In this document: positions 43,716 through 52,581 of the stretch, one piece after another
Numbering within the stretch: the first letter of the stretch is position 1
Layout: each line of letters begins with the position of its first letter
NCBI GenBank assembly: GCA_050749465.1
Contig: JBOGRO010000017.1
Coordinates: 1,191 to 65,190 of the forward strand
Direction: 5' to 3'
Length of the DNA: 64,000 nt
Source: Thermoplasmata archaeon
GTDB lineage: Archaea > Thermoplasmatota > Thermoplasmata > Lutacidiplasmatales > UBA184
The notes under the pieces: generated by a model
Seen by the model: the letters and a program-made list of their open reading frames with translations, nothing else
The model's database searches: none
What the model was told of the DNA's origin: nothing
Program-made: the position numbers and the translations under genes

Positions 43716-43730
43716 CGACCGACCCTCCTC

Positions 43731-44129
43731 CTAGACGATGATCGACGAGGCGGCCGCGATCCGCGGCCAGCGCTCGGCGGCCTCCTTCGCCACCGGGCCC
43801 TTAATCTGGGAGCCCTTGATCTCGCCGGTCTCGGTCGTGATGACCGCGGCGTTGTCCTCGAACTGGAGGCGCGTGCCGTCCGGTCGCCGGAACGGTGCTC
43901 GGGCGCGCACGATGACGGCGTGGACGACCTGCTTCCGCATCTCGGGCGTCCCTTTCTTGACGGAGACGACCACGAGGTCGGCGATCCCGGCCCGGGGGTA
44001 GCGCCGGTGCGTCCCGTGCCAGTTCATGACGGCAATGATCTCGACGACCTTCGCGCCGGTGTTGTCGACACAGTCGAGGCGGGCCCCCTTTGGCAGGTTG
44101 CGGCCCCGACGCCCGGCGAGGCCCTTCAT
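43731..44129 (-). CDS. rpl14: 50S ribosomal protein uL14
   Basis: Internal ATG at 44129 gives [34 protein letters not shown]... Confidence 0.94.
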   Translation of the reverse strand: MKGLAGRRGRNLPKGARLDCVDNTGAKVVEIIAVMNWHGTHRRYPRAGIADLVVVSVKKGTPEMRKQVVHAVIVRARAPFRRPDGTRLQFEDNAAVITTETGEIKGSQIKGPVAKEAAERWPRIAAASSIIV

Positions 44130-44554
44130 TCGGCCCCCTCCTTCGCGGATGCGGGAACGGCTCGCGCGACCGTCTCCTCGCCCGAGATGCGGAGCGCCGC
44201 CTCGCCGAGGTCCTCGACGATGCAGAACGCGACGAGCTTCGAGAGCGGGCGCGTCTCGGCGATCCGGACGCGGTGCCCGACCGGCACGGGGAGGCACGGC
44301 GGCGCGTGGACGAGATAGCGTCGCCGGCGCTTCTCGTACCGCTCGAACTTCGGGACGAAGTGGAGCAGCGTGCGCTCGACGACCGCGGTGTGCTGCATCG
44401 CGGTCGAGACGACCGTTCCCTCGATCACCTGGCCCCGGAGGGAGAGACGGCCGTGGAACGGGCAGTGCCGGTCGTCGCACCGCGCCTTCGGGGCGCGGAC
44501 GTCGAGCCCGATGTCCCGGGCGCGGCGTGTCGCCGGCGTACGGGTCGGTGTCAT
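44126..44554 (-). CDS. rps17: 30S ribosomal protein uS17
   Basis: The sequence reads [37 protein letters not shown]... Confidence 0.93.
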   Translation of the reverse strand: MTPTRTPATRRARDIGLDVRAPKARCDDRHCPFHGRLSLRGQVIEGTVVSTAMQHTAVVERTLLHFVPKFERYEKRRRRYLVHAPPCLPVPVGHRVRIAETRPLSKLVAFCIVEDLGEAALRISGEETVARAVPASAKEGAE

Positions 44555-44877
44555 CGGAACCTCCGAGGACCACCGCTCAAGAGCCGCTTCGTGCGGTCCT
44601 CGGGCCGCACGCGAAGGGTATCCCCTCTTAACGGTAACTCTCCGGCGCCGAGGACGATCGTCCCCTCGAGACCGGCCTTCGGCAGCCGCAGTGGGCGCGC
44701 GCGGCCGGGGACACGGACGACGAACGTGGAGAGGGTCTCGTCGACGATCGTTCCCTCGACCCCTCGGCTGAGGGCGGGCGACGCCGGGATCGCCACCGAT
44801 GCGCCGAGGATCTCTCCGGCGAGCGCCTCGCGATCCGCCCGGCTGAGCTCGGCCGCGGTCCCCGTCCCCGTCGACAT
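44551..44877 (-). CDS. rnp1: RNase P protein component 1 (Rpp29/Pop4 homolog)
   Basis: Internal ATG at 44877. The sequence reads ...[18 protein letters not shown]...[13 protein letters not shown]...[10 protein letters not shown]. Its position between rpl29 and rps17 is conserved in archaea. Confidence 0.85.
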   Translation of the reverse strand: MSTGTGTAAELSRADREALAGEILGASVAIPASPALSRGVEGTIVDETLSTFVVRVPGRARPLRLPKAGLEGTIVLGAGELPLRGDTLRVRPEDRTKRLLSGGPRRFR

Positions 44878-44896
44878 CGGTCCACCGTCGGGCCCC

Positions 44897-45127
44897 CTAC
44901 GGACGCCGAGCCTCCCGGGAAGTCGCCGCGAGCGAGCGCTCGTTGAGGACCGTGAGGGCGCGGGCGACGTTCGTTCGGAGCGCGCGCATCCGCCCGGGGC
45001 TCGGCGGCGCGCCGCCCATCGCCGCGACGCCGCGCTCACGCAGGAGGTCGTTCTCGGCGTCCGCGATCTTCCGGCGCAGCTCGACGTCCGGGAGCTCGCG
45101 CAGTTCCTTCATCCGCAGGAGCGTCAC
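44897..45127 (-). CDS. rpl29: 50S ribosomal protein uL29
   Basis: The sequence reads MKELRELPDVELRRKIADAENDLLRER... The GTG start is in a GTGA overlap with rps3. Confidence 0.92.
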   Translation of the reverse strand: MTLLRMKELRELPDVELRRKIADAENDLLRERGVAAMGGAPPSPGRMRALRTNVARALTVLNERSLAATSREARRP

Positions 45128-45819
45128 GGGGCCCCCGAGGTTTCGGGCACGGCGACCGGCGGGAGGAGCACCGTCGGGGCCTCGATCGGCGGGAGCTCGG
45201 CCGCGATCGCCTTCGCCCGCTCCTCGACTCCCTTGACCGTGATCTCATCCGGCAGCTTCGCGGTCGGGCGCATGATCCAGACGTTGACGCCGATGACACC
45301 GGGTTTCAGCCGCGCCTGGTAGAACCCCTTCCCGATCCAAAGATGGACCGCCTCGCCGCAGTACTTGATCGTGCCGGCCTTGAACCGCTCGGTCCGGTGC
45401 CGTTCGCCGGTGAGCTTCCCCGAGAGGATGACCTGGCAGCCGCGCGCGCCGGACTCCATGATCCGGCGGACGGTCGAGTGCCCCGCGCGGCGGAAGTGCC
45501 AGCCCCGCTCGAGCGTCGATGCGAGCTTCTCGCTCATCAATTGAGCGTTGAGGCTCGGCTGGCGCTCCTCCTGCACCTCGATCTGAGGATTGTCGAGCTG
45601 GAACCGGTGCTGGATGTCCTCCGTGAGCCGCTTGATGAGCTCCCCGCGGTGCCCGATCAGGATCCCCGGCCGCTCGCAGATCAGCGTGACGCGGGTCCCC
45701 ATCGGGGTGCGGTTGATCTCGAGGCCGCCGAAGCCGGCGCGGGCGCTCTCCTGGACGAGGTAGTCCTTGAGCAGGACGCGGCGCATCGCCTCCTGGATGA
45801 CCTTCTGCTCCGCGCTCAT
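45124..45819 (-). CDS. rps3: 30S ribosomal protein uS3
   Basis: Internal ATG at 45819 (ATGA overlap with rpl22). The KH domain reads GLEINRTPMGTRVTLICERPGILIGHRGE. Confidence 0.93.
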   Translation of the reverse strand: MSAEQKVIQEAMRRVLLKDYLVQESARAGFGGLEINRTPMGTRVTLICERPGILIGHRGELIKRLTEDIQHRFQLDNPQIEVQEERQPSLNAQLMSEKLASTLERGWHFRRAGHSTVRRIMESGARGCQVILSGKLTGERHRTERFKAGTIKYCGEAVHLWIGKGFYQARLKPGVIGVNVWIMRPTAKLPDEITVKGVEERAKAIAAELPPIEAPTVLLPPVAVPETSGAP

Positions 45820-46274
45820 GCCCCCTCCTTCTTCTCGGCGAGGACGATCTCGACGTTCGTCGTCTGCTCGTTCCACTGCGTCGCCCGCCCTTGCGCGCGC
45901 GGCATCGAGGCCTTGCGGATCGTGCCGCGGGCGCTCGCGGCGACCTTGACATAGAGCCGGTCGGTGTCGAGGCTGTCATACGCCGCGTTCTCCTCGGCGT
46001 TCTGGAGGATCTGGAGCAGCTGCTTCGCGACCTTGATCGGGAAGCGGCCCGGCCCCGTGCCACGGTGGTGCGCGGTCTCCTGGTTGTACCGACGGAACGG
46101 GATCGCCTTCTTCAGCGCGACCGCATCCTCGAGGACGCGACGGGCCTTGTCGAGCGGCAGCCCGCGGATCGCGTTCAGGACCTCGTAGGTCTTCTTCGGC
46201 GACATCGGGATCTCGACGCCGCGGGCCCGGGCGACGCTGACGCCGGGCTCGTCCCGGTACGTGTAGCCCCGCAT
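45816..46274 (-). CDS. rpl22: 50S ribosomal protein uL22
   Basis: The sequence reads ARARGVEIPMSPKKTYEVLNAIRGLPLDKARRVLEDA... Confidence 0.93.
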   Translation of the reverse strand: MRGYTYRDEPGVSVARARGVEIPMSPKKTYEVLNAIRGLPLDKARRVLEDAVALKKAIPFRRYNQETAHHRGTGPGRFPIKVAKQLLQILQNAEENAAYDSLDTDRLYVKVAASARGTIRKASMPRAQGRATQWNEQTTNVEIVLAEKKEGA

Positions 46275-46290
46275 CGTTCCGTCCCGTGCC

Positions 46291-46716
46291 TCACTTGAGC
46301 GGCATGAACTTCGACGAGCGCGTGGCCCCGACGCCGGGTCCCGAGTGCTTCTCGAAGCGGCGGGTCAGCGAGAACTCGCCGTAGTAGTGGCCGACCATCT
46401 CGGGTCGGACCTCGATCTCCTTGAACTCCTTGCCGTTGTGGATCGCGACGTGGCGGCCGACGTGCCCGGGGAGGACGAGCGCGTCCCGACAGTGGGTACG
46501 GACGACCTTGCCGGAGGGAGCGCTCGAGAGTCGCTCGAAGAACGCGGTCGTCTCCGCGTTGAAGCCGCGGCGGATCGACCGGCGCGCTCGGCTCGACGCG
46601 ACCTTCGCGAACTCCTCGAGGCTCAGCGCCTGGAGCTGGGGCAGCGTGAGCCCCCGGAACGTGAACTCTCGCTTGCGGCGGGCCTCGACCTTCTTCGCCT
46701 TCCGTGCTTTCGCCAT
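46291..46716 (-). CDS. rps19: 30S ribosomal protein uS19
   Basis: Internal ATG at 46716. The sequence reads ...VRTHCRDALVLPGHVGRHVAIHNGKEFKEIEVRPEMVGHYYGEFS... Confidence 0.93.
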   Translation of the reverse strand: MAKARKAKKVEARRKREFTFRGLTLPQLQALSLEEFAKVASSRARRSIRRGFNAETTAFFERLSSAPSGKVVRTHCRDALVLPGHVGRHVAIHNGKEFKEIEVRPEMVGHYYGEFSLTRRFEKHSGPGVGATRSSKFMPLK

Positions 46717-46718
46717 CG

Positions 46719-47450
46719 TCAGGCCACCCCCTTCTGTTCCCGCAGCCGCTTCTTCACGCGCACGGACCGGGAGAACCGGCCGACCTTCGCGCCGGGCCAC
46801 GTGCCGCTCGCGACGGTGCTGGGACGTCCCACGTGCTGGTGGGCACCGCCGCCGAACGGATGGTTGACCGGATTCATCGCGACCCCGCGCACCTTGAACG
46901 GGGCCCGCGCGAGCGAACGGGTCGACCAGACCTTCTTGCCGGCCTTGATGATCGGCCGCTCGCGTCGGCCGCTGCCGCCGACCGAGCCGACCTGGGCGCG
47001 GCACGTCGCCAGGAATTGCTTGAAGGCGCCGCTCGGCAGTTGGACCGTGACGTCCCGGACGGAGTGGGCGACCACGATCGCGCTCGCGCCGGCGGAGCGG
47101 ACGAGGCGCCCCCCGTCGAACGGTTTGACCTCGAGGTTCGAGACGAGCGTTCCGTCGGGGATCTTTCCGAGCGGGAGGATCGACCCCCGGTCGACCCGCC
47201 CCTCGTGGAACGAGACCGAGTCGCCGGTGGCCAGCCCCGCCGAAGCGAGGATACGGAGCGTTTTGCCGTCCGGGCCCGTGACCTCCGCGACGGGCGCGGT
47301 CCTCCCGGGCGCGGGGACGATCCGGACGACGCGGCCGACGCCCACCATCGAGGCCGGCGGGTGGTAGATCGCGCCGTGGTGCCGGTGGCTCGGCGAGCGA
47401 TACGTGCCGGTCCCGCTGCCCCGGCGTCGGGAGATGATCCGCTTTCCCAT
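46719..47450 (-). CDS. rpl2: 50S ribosomal protein uL2
   Basis: The sequence reads MGKRIISRRRGSGTGTYRSPSHRH...VAMNPVNHPFGGGAHQHVGRPSTV... Confidence 0.95.
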   Translation of the reverse strand: MGKRIISRRRGSGTGTYRSPSHRHHGAIYHPPASMVGVGRVVRIVPAPGRTAPVAEVTGPDGKTLRILASAGLATGDSVSFHEGRVDRGSILPLGKIPDGTLVSNLEVKPFDGGRLVRSAGASAIVVAHSVRDVTVQLPSGAFKQFLATCRAQVGSVGGSGRRERPIIKAGKKVWSTRSLARAPFKVRGVAMNPVNHPFGGGAHQHVGRPSTVASGTWPGAKVGRFSRSVRVKKRLREQKGVA

Positions 47451-47713
47451 CAGAACACCCCGGCTCGGCTGCCGATATCCTCGGCCGAGAACTCCTTCGC
47501 GAGCGTGATCGTGGCGATCTTGCCCAGGCGAACGATCTTCGTGTTGACCTTCGCCACCCTACACTGATAGAGCCCCTCGATGGCGCGCTTGATCTCCGCG
47601 CGGCTGGCCCGGCGGTCGACGGCGAATTCGAGCTTGTTCAACCGCTCCATCTCGTCCATCGACTTCTCGGTGACGTAGGCGTGAAGGATCACGCGGTGGC
47701 GAAGGTCGCTCAC
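47450..47713 (-). CDS. rpl23: 50S ribosomal protein uL23
   Basis: The GTG at 47713 is in a GTGA overlap with rpl4. The sequence reads VILHAYVTEKSMDEMERLNKLEFAVDRRASRAEIKRAIE... Confidence 0.9.
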   Translation of the reverse strand: MSDLRHRVILHAYVTEKSMDEMERLNKLEFAVDRRASRAEIKRAIEGLYQCRVAKVNTKIVRLGKIATITLAKEFSAEDIGSRAGVF

Positions 47714-48543
47714 GGTCGCGCCTCCCCGAGCCGCGCGCGCAGCGACTCGACCGCCGACCGCGAGAAGATCGTGAGGCGACCGGCGGAGCCGCCGGGGGCG
47801 AGGTCCTCGGTCGCGAGTCGAGGGGCCGGGACGACCTCGACGCCCGAGAGGTTGCGGAAGCCGCGCGCCTTGCCCGGGGCGCTCGTCACGACAAGGAGGC
47901 TTCGCGGGGTCCGGCGGACGCGTCCGCGACGCTTGCCGCGCCCCGCGCGGATGTGGACCCCGTCCCGCGAGCGCGTGACGTCGGCCCACAGGTGAAGCCG
48001 TTCGAGCAGCTTGCGCGCGTCGGAAGACGAGCGGATCTCCTCGACCGGGTCGGCGAGGACGAGGGGAAGCGTAAGGCCCCGCGGCACGGTGTGACCGCGG
48101 GCGGTCGCGAGCGCCGCCTGCCGGGTCGCCCCAAGCGCCGACGCAAAGGCGAGACGCCGCTCCTTGTGGTTGATCTTCTTCGACCAGATACGGGCGACCT
48201 TCGGAGGGTGGGCCGCTCGGCCCCCGACCGTGTTCGGGGCCTGGGCTCCGCGCATCGAGTCCATCAGTCGCGGCGTCCGCGCGACGCCCTTCCCCTTCCC
48301 CGACCACCGGACGGAATGTCGGGCTCCGGCGGTCGGGCTCGTGCCGTGCGGCTGGATGCGATGGCTCTGAGCGGCGACCACGGCGCGGTGGATGAGGTCA
48401 GGCCGGAACGGAGTGGAGAACGCGGAGGGAAGCGTGACGGCCGGACCCGGATGCCCGTCGACGCCGAGGACGGGGACGTCGCCCCCCACCGACGCGGCGG
48501 CCGGTACGGACGATGCCGGGGCGGCGGCGGCGGACGGCGTCAT
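47710..48543 (-). CDS. rpl4: 50S ribosomal protein uL4
   Basis: Internal ATG at 48543 (ATGA overlap with rpl3). The sequence reads ...RPDLIHRAVVAAQSHRIQPHGTSPTAGARHSVRWSGKGKGVARTPR... Confidence 0.92.
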   Translation of the reverse strand: MTPSAAAAPASSVPAAASVGGDVPVLGVDGHPGPAVTLPSAFSTPFRPDLIHRAVVAAQSHRIQPHGTSPTAGARHSVRWSGKGKGVARTPRLMDSMRGAQAPNTVGGRAAHPPKVARIWSKKINHKERRLAFASALGATRQAALATARGHTVPRGLTLPLVLADPVEEIRSSSDARKLLERLHLWADVTRSRDGVHIRAGRGKRRGRVRRTPRSLLVVTSAPGKARGFRNLSGVEVVPAPRLATEDLAPGGSAGRLTIFSRSAVESLRARLGEARP

Positions 48544-49541
48544 GCTCCCTGCTTGGAACGCGTGCTGAAGTAACGGAGGTCCACTTTCTCGACCGAGGCG
48601 ACGCGGCTGCGTATCGGGGCGCGGAACCGTAGGAGGCGCTTCGCGGGTCCCGGTAGTGAACCGTGGAGGACGATGCAAGCGCTGCGGACCTCCCCGTAGT
48701 GCGGGAAACCGCCCGCCGGTGTCACGGGGTCGGCCCGGGGGTCGCGGACGATCTTCAGGACGCGCAGGTTGAACTGAGTTCGACGGTGGTACCCCTGCTG
48801 TCCCGCTTGCGGGATCCGATAGGTGACGAAACTCGGATTGTGCGGGCCGAGCGTGCCGATCATCCGGCGGTGCTTCGAGTTCTTCCGGGGCTGCAGCTTG
48901 ACGCCCCAGCGCTGGATGTGGCCCTGAAACCCGAACCCCTTCGTGACGCCGAGGACGTCGAGGAACTCGCCCTCTCGCGTGAGCTGGTCGGCCGAGACCT
49001 CCCGGCCGAGCTGCTTGACCGCGAACTCGCGTCGTTCGTCGAACTTGTCGCCCGATACCCGGACCTCGAAGATCTGCGGGGTCTTCGAGGGACTGCCCGT
49101 GACTAGGTGCGGTTGGGTGTGGACCAGGAGGCGGACCTCGTCCCCGGGTTTCGCCGAAAACGCGGTCAGCGCCTCGGCCTCACTCGCGGGATGACTCGGG
49201 ATGCGTCGGGAGAGCTCGGGCGCCGCGCCGGCTCCCCAGACCTCCCCCGTCACGCGCGAGCCGTAAGGGCCCCGCGTGTAGATGCGGGCGCCGACGATCC
49301 GGAGCGGAGGCACCTCGACCACGGTCACCGGGATCGCTACCTCTTGGCCGGCGGTCGTCGACCGCTTGCGGTAATCCACGATGAACGCGTGCGTCATGCC
49401 GACCTTGAAGCCGGCGAACCCTTCGATCGCCGGCTTGGCCGGCCCGGGGGGCCAGGAACGGACGCGCGGAAGCGGTCGCGCCGAGCGCGACCGGGGAGAA
49501 AAGGCGAGGGACCCTCGCCGGGGACGATGTCGACGAGCCAT
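48540..49541 (-). CDS. rpl3: 50S ribosomal protein uL3
   Basis: Internal ATG at 49541 gives MARRHRPRRGSLAFSPRSRS...GFAGFKVGMTH...VTKGFGFQGHIQRWGV... Confidence 0.94.
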   Translation of the reverse strand: MARRHRPRRGSLAFSPRSRSARPLPRVRSWPPGPAKPAIEGFAGFKVGMTHAFIVDYRKRSTTAGQEVAIPVTVVEVPPLRIVGARIYTRGPYGSRVTGEVWGAGAAPELSRRIPSHPASEAEALTAFSAKPGDEVRLLVHTQPHLVTGSPSKTPQIFEVRVSGDKFDERREFAVKQLGREVSADQLTREGEFLDVLGVTKGFGFQGHIQRWGVKLQPRKNSKHRRMIGTLGPHNPSFVTYRIPQAGQQGYHRRTQFNLRVLKIVRDPRADPVTPAGGFPHYGEVRSACIVLHGSLPGPAKRLLRFRAPIRSRVASVEKVDLRYFSTRSKQGA

Positions 49542-49578
49542 GGGTCGATAGGGGGTCCTGCCTCCGGTGGGGACGGGG

Positions 49579-49657
49579 GAGAAACGTACCCTATATAAGG
49601 CCTGCCGAGAAAACCGCCGGAGCACCGAGAGAAACGCGCCGGTTCGAGGAGAAAGCG
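49579..49657 (+). repeat. Four direct copies of GAGAAA(N)CG flanking the TATA box
   Basis: Copies start at 49579 (GAGAAACG), 49607 (GAGAAAACCG), 49629 (GAGAAACG) and 49649 (GAGAAAGCG). Confidence 0.6.
49592..49599. promoter_or_regulatory. Near-palindromic TATA box (CTATATAA), probable promoter of the rpl3 r-protein operon
   Basis: It lies about 52-58 nt upstream of the rpl3 ATG on the minus strand. It is the only strong AT-rich element in the 244-nt spacer. Confidence 0.55.
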
Positions 49658-49785
49658 CGCGTCGCCGCGACGCACTCTCGAACGCGCGCGTTCGACCGGG
49701 GCTCCCGGCCGAATTCGCGGCGCGCGGCCCAAAACGCACCCGAACGATTATGGCCCCGTGGCGTCTTCCGCGGCCCGCTACCGAA

Positions 49786-51027
49786 ATGAGCGACGTTCCC
49801 GAGCTCTCCGTGACGCTCGCGGACGTCGAGCGGGCGGCGCGGGGCCTCGCGGGCAAAGTCGTACGGACCCCGCTCATCCTCGCGCCGCGATTCCCGGGGC
49901 TTCCGGACGTTCCCGTCTACCTCAAACTCGAGAACCTCCAGCGGACGGGCGCGTTCAAGCTGCGGGGCGCGACGCACCGGATCGCGCAGCTGTCGGAGGC
50001 GGAAGCGAAGCACGGGGTCATCGCCGCGTCCGCCGGATGCCACGCGATCGGCGTCGCCTGGGCCGCGCGGGAGCGGGGCGTGCCCGCGACGATCGTCATG
50101 GCCGAGAACGCCTCTCCGCTGAAGGTCAACCTCACTCGCGGTCTCGGCGCGCGGGTCGTCCTGCACGGGACGAACTACGACGAGGCGCACGACCACTCGG
50201 TCCAGCTCGCGGCCGCGGAGCACCTCACCTACATCCATCCGTACGACGACCCGTTCGTCGTCGCCGGGCAGGGAACGGTGGGCCTCGAGATCCTGGACGA
50301 TTTGCCCACGGTGCGACGGATCGTCACCGGCGTGGGCGGCGGGGGTCTCTTCTCCGGGATCGCCGCGGCCGTACGGGGCCGGGGGAGCCACGCCGACCTG
50401 GTCGGGATCCAGCCGAAGGGGGTCGACAATCTCGGCCCTTCTCTCCGCGCGGGGAAGGTCGTCCGGGGCGGACGGCCTTCGACGTTCGCGGACGGCCTAG
50501 CCACGCGCGAGATCGGCGAGCTCCCGTTGCGGGTCCTGCGCGCGGCCGGGGTCCGTTCGTTCACGGTCGAGGAGCGGACGATCGTCCGTGCGGTCTTCCT
50601 CCTCCTCGAGCAGGTGAAGGTCCTCGCGGAGGGCGCCGGCGCGGCGGGTCTCGCGGGCGTCCTCGAGCACCCCGAGCTCGCCGCGGACGGCCCGGTCGTG
50701 GTCGTCGTCAGCGGCGGGAACCTCGACCCGTTCCTCCTCGACCGGATCCTGTTCATCGGCCTCGCGGCCGAGGGTCGCCTCCTCCGGTTGTCGGCGGCGC
50801 TGCACGACGAACCCGGGCAGCTCGAGCGGTTCCTCTCGGTCGCCGCGCGGGCGGGCGCGAACGTCCGCCACATCCTCCACAGTCGCGAGTCGCCCGACCG
50901 GCCGCCGGGCGAAGTGACCGTCGAGGTCGAGCTCGAGGTGCGCGACCGCGTCCACGGCGACGAGGTAGAGACGGCGTACCGCGCCCAGGGCTGGTCGGTC
51001 GCGCGGGTTCCGGCCCCGGCGGTCTAG
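49786..51027 (+). CDS. Threonine ammonia-lyase / threonine dehydratase (PLP fold type II) with a C-terminal ACT-like domain
   Basis: The PLP-Lys motif is LQRTGAFKLRGA and the Gly loop is GVGGGGLFSG. The C-terminal regulatory domain reads LLRLSAALHDEPGQLERFL. An alternative ATG lies at 49750. Confidence 0.85.
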   Translation: MSDVPELSVTLADVERAARGLAGKVVRTPLILAPRFPGLPDVPVYLKLENLQRTGAFKLRGATHRIAQLSEAEAKHGVIAASAGCHAIGVAWAARERGVPATIVMAENASPLKVNLTRGLGARVVLHGTNYDEAHDHSVQLAAAEHLTYIHPYDDPFVVAGQGTVGLEILDDLPTVRRIVTGVGGGGLFSGIAAAVRGRGSHADLVGIQPKGVDNLGPSLRAGKVVRGGRPSTFADGLATREIGELPLRVLRAAGVRSFTVEERTIVRAVFLLLEQVKVLAEGAGAAGLAGVLEHPELAADGPVVVVVSGGNLDPFLLDRILFIGLAAEGRLLRLSAALHDEPGQLERFLSVAARAGANVRHILHSRESPDRPPGEVTVEVELEVRDRVHGDEVETAYRAQGWSVARVPAPAV

Positions 51028-51209
51028 CTCGGTCGTCCGGTGCGAACCGGGTTACCCGGGGCCTATCGTCCCTGTAAATAGGGTGCCGGCATGGTATCCG
51101 GTGAAGGAGGGAGTCGACGGAGCCGACCGAGCCGGACGGCGAGGGCGTCCCGGACCCTCCCCGACTGTGGACCGCGGAGGAGGCGACTGCCCGCGTCGCC
51201 GACCTCGAG

Positions 51210-51620
51210 GTGCTGATGCCCCGGCTGCGGGGGTGGGTGGTTCGCCTGCGCGAGGTCCACGAAGCGGCGCACCGGCTCAGCGAGTTCTGGGGGAAGGACA
51301 TCGACGCCCCCGACCACGCCGACCACCTGTTGAAGCAGCGACTCGATGCCGAGTGGCAGAATCTGACGCGACGGCTCGAGGAAGGCGTCGCCGGCCTGCG
51401 GCGCGAGGGGATCGAGGTTAAGGACCTCGACCGCGGGCTCGTCGACTTCTACGGCCTCCAGGACGGCGAGGTCGTCTTCCTCTGCTGGCAGCGCGGGGAG
51501 CCCCGGGTCGCGCACTACCACTCGCTCGCGGGCAGTTACCGCACGCGCCGACCGATCCCCGGTGGCGCGCGGCCCTCGGCGGCGAGCGCGCGCGGTTCGG
51601 CGCCGCGCGGTCCGAGCTGA
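51210..51620 (+). CDS. DUF2203-domain protein (N-terminus apparently lacks a canonical start)
   Basis: The sequence reads ...GIEVKDLDRGLVDFYGLQDGEVVFLCWQRGEPRVAHYHSLAGSYRTRRPI. High-GC3 coding in this frame extends upstream to 51105. Confidence 0.7.
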   Translation: MLMPRLRGWVVRLREVHEAAHRLSEFWGKDIDAPDHADHLLKQRLDAEWQNLTRRLEEGVAGLRREGIEVKDLDRGLVDFYGLQDGEVVFLCWQRGEPRVAHYHSLAGSYRTRRPIPGGARPSAASARGSAPRGPS

Positions 51621-51624
51621 CCCG

Positions 51625-52548
51625 TCAGTCGAGGTCGGGCGCGGAGCCGGTCTGGGCCATCTGGACCGTCCGCAGCGCGAGCGCGAACGCGCCGGCCCCG
51701 GCGGCGATTGCCGAAACGCCCTGGATCAGCGGGAGCGCCGAGGAGAAGGAGAGGTAGAACGGGACGAACGGGGCGAGCACGCCGGCGGCCCCGCCGACGA
51801 TGCCGAGGGCAGGGCGGTCGTGCCGCACCGTCGCGATCGCGCTAAAGCCCCCGACGAGCGCGATGATACCGAGGAGGACCGCGCCGCTCCCGACGGAGGC
51901 GAGGAAGGTCTCGAGGTCGGGGAACGGCGAGAGCGACACCGTCGAGCCGTTGCCCGTCGCGCCCGCGGTGAGTACGATCGTGAGGCCGGTTGCTCCGGCG
52001 TTGTAGACGGCCGAGACGAACGTGTCGACCGTCACGGGGCTGTAGCCGATCGCGCTCACGTTGATGGCCACTCCGCCGCTCGGCACGTGCCCGAACGAGA
52101 ACGCCCCGTCGGCGCCCGTGACGACCGAGCGGGTCTGGTTCGCGTCGTTGGCGAGCGTCACCTGGGCGCCGGCGAGCGGCTCCACGACGCCTCCGACCGA
52201 GTAGCCGACGGTTCCGTCGACCGCGAACGACGCCGGCTGACCGGCGTCCCAGGCGTCGTAGACGAGTCCCGCGGCGAGCGCCGCGGCGACGACCGCGACG
52301 ACGGCGAGCGCGGCGGCCGCCGCGCCGCGGGCCCTCCAGCGCGGGGCGCGGGGTCGGGGGAGCGCGGGATATAGACCGGGCAGTATTTCCCACGTGTAGA
52401 GGGGTGGAAGGTCGCGAGGGACGACCACCGGGACCGGGACGCTGCAGTGCGGGCACGGAAACCATTGGGTCGGCGGCTCGGGGGCCAGGACGACCCGGAG
52501 CTCGCCGCCGCACGCGGGGCAGCGCACACGGACCGTCGACGCGCCCAT
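51625..52548 (-). CDS. Membrane protein: N-terminal Zn-ribbon, TM helix, CarboxypepD_reg-like beta-sandwich, C-terminal multi-TM region
   Basis: The Zn-ribbon is CPACGGEL...CPHCS. The beta-sandwich reads AVDGTVGYSVGGVVEPLAGAQVTLANDANQTRSVVTGADGAFSFGHVPSGG. Three or four hydrophobic helices follow. A GGCTAAG box lies 25-32 nt upstream. Confidence 0.65.
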   Translation of the reverse strand: MGASTVRVRCPACGGELRVVLAPEPPTQWFPCPHCSVPVPVVVPRDLPPLYTWEILPGLYPALPRPRAPRWRARGAAAAALAVVAVVAAALAAGLVYDAWDAGQPASFAVDGTVGYSVGGVVEPLAGAQVTLANDANQTRSVVTGADGAFSFGHVPSGGVAINVSAIGYSPVTVDTFVSAVYNAGATGLTIVLTAGATGNGSTVSLSPFPDLETFLASVGSGAVLLGIIALVGGFSAIATVRHDRPALGIVGGAAGVLAPFVPFYLSFSSALPLIQGVSAIAAGAGAFALALRTVQMAQTGSAPDLD

Positions 52549-52581
52549 CGGGTGCGACCGAGCGCCGCGGGGGTCTTAGCC

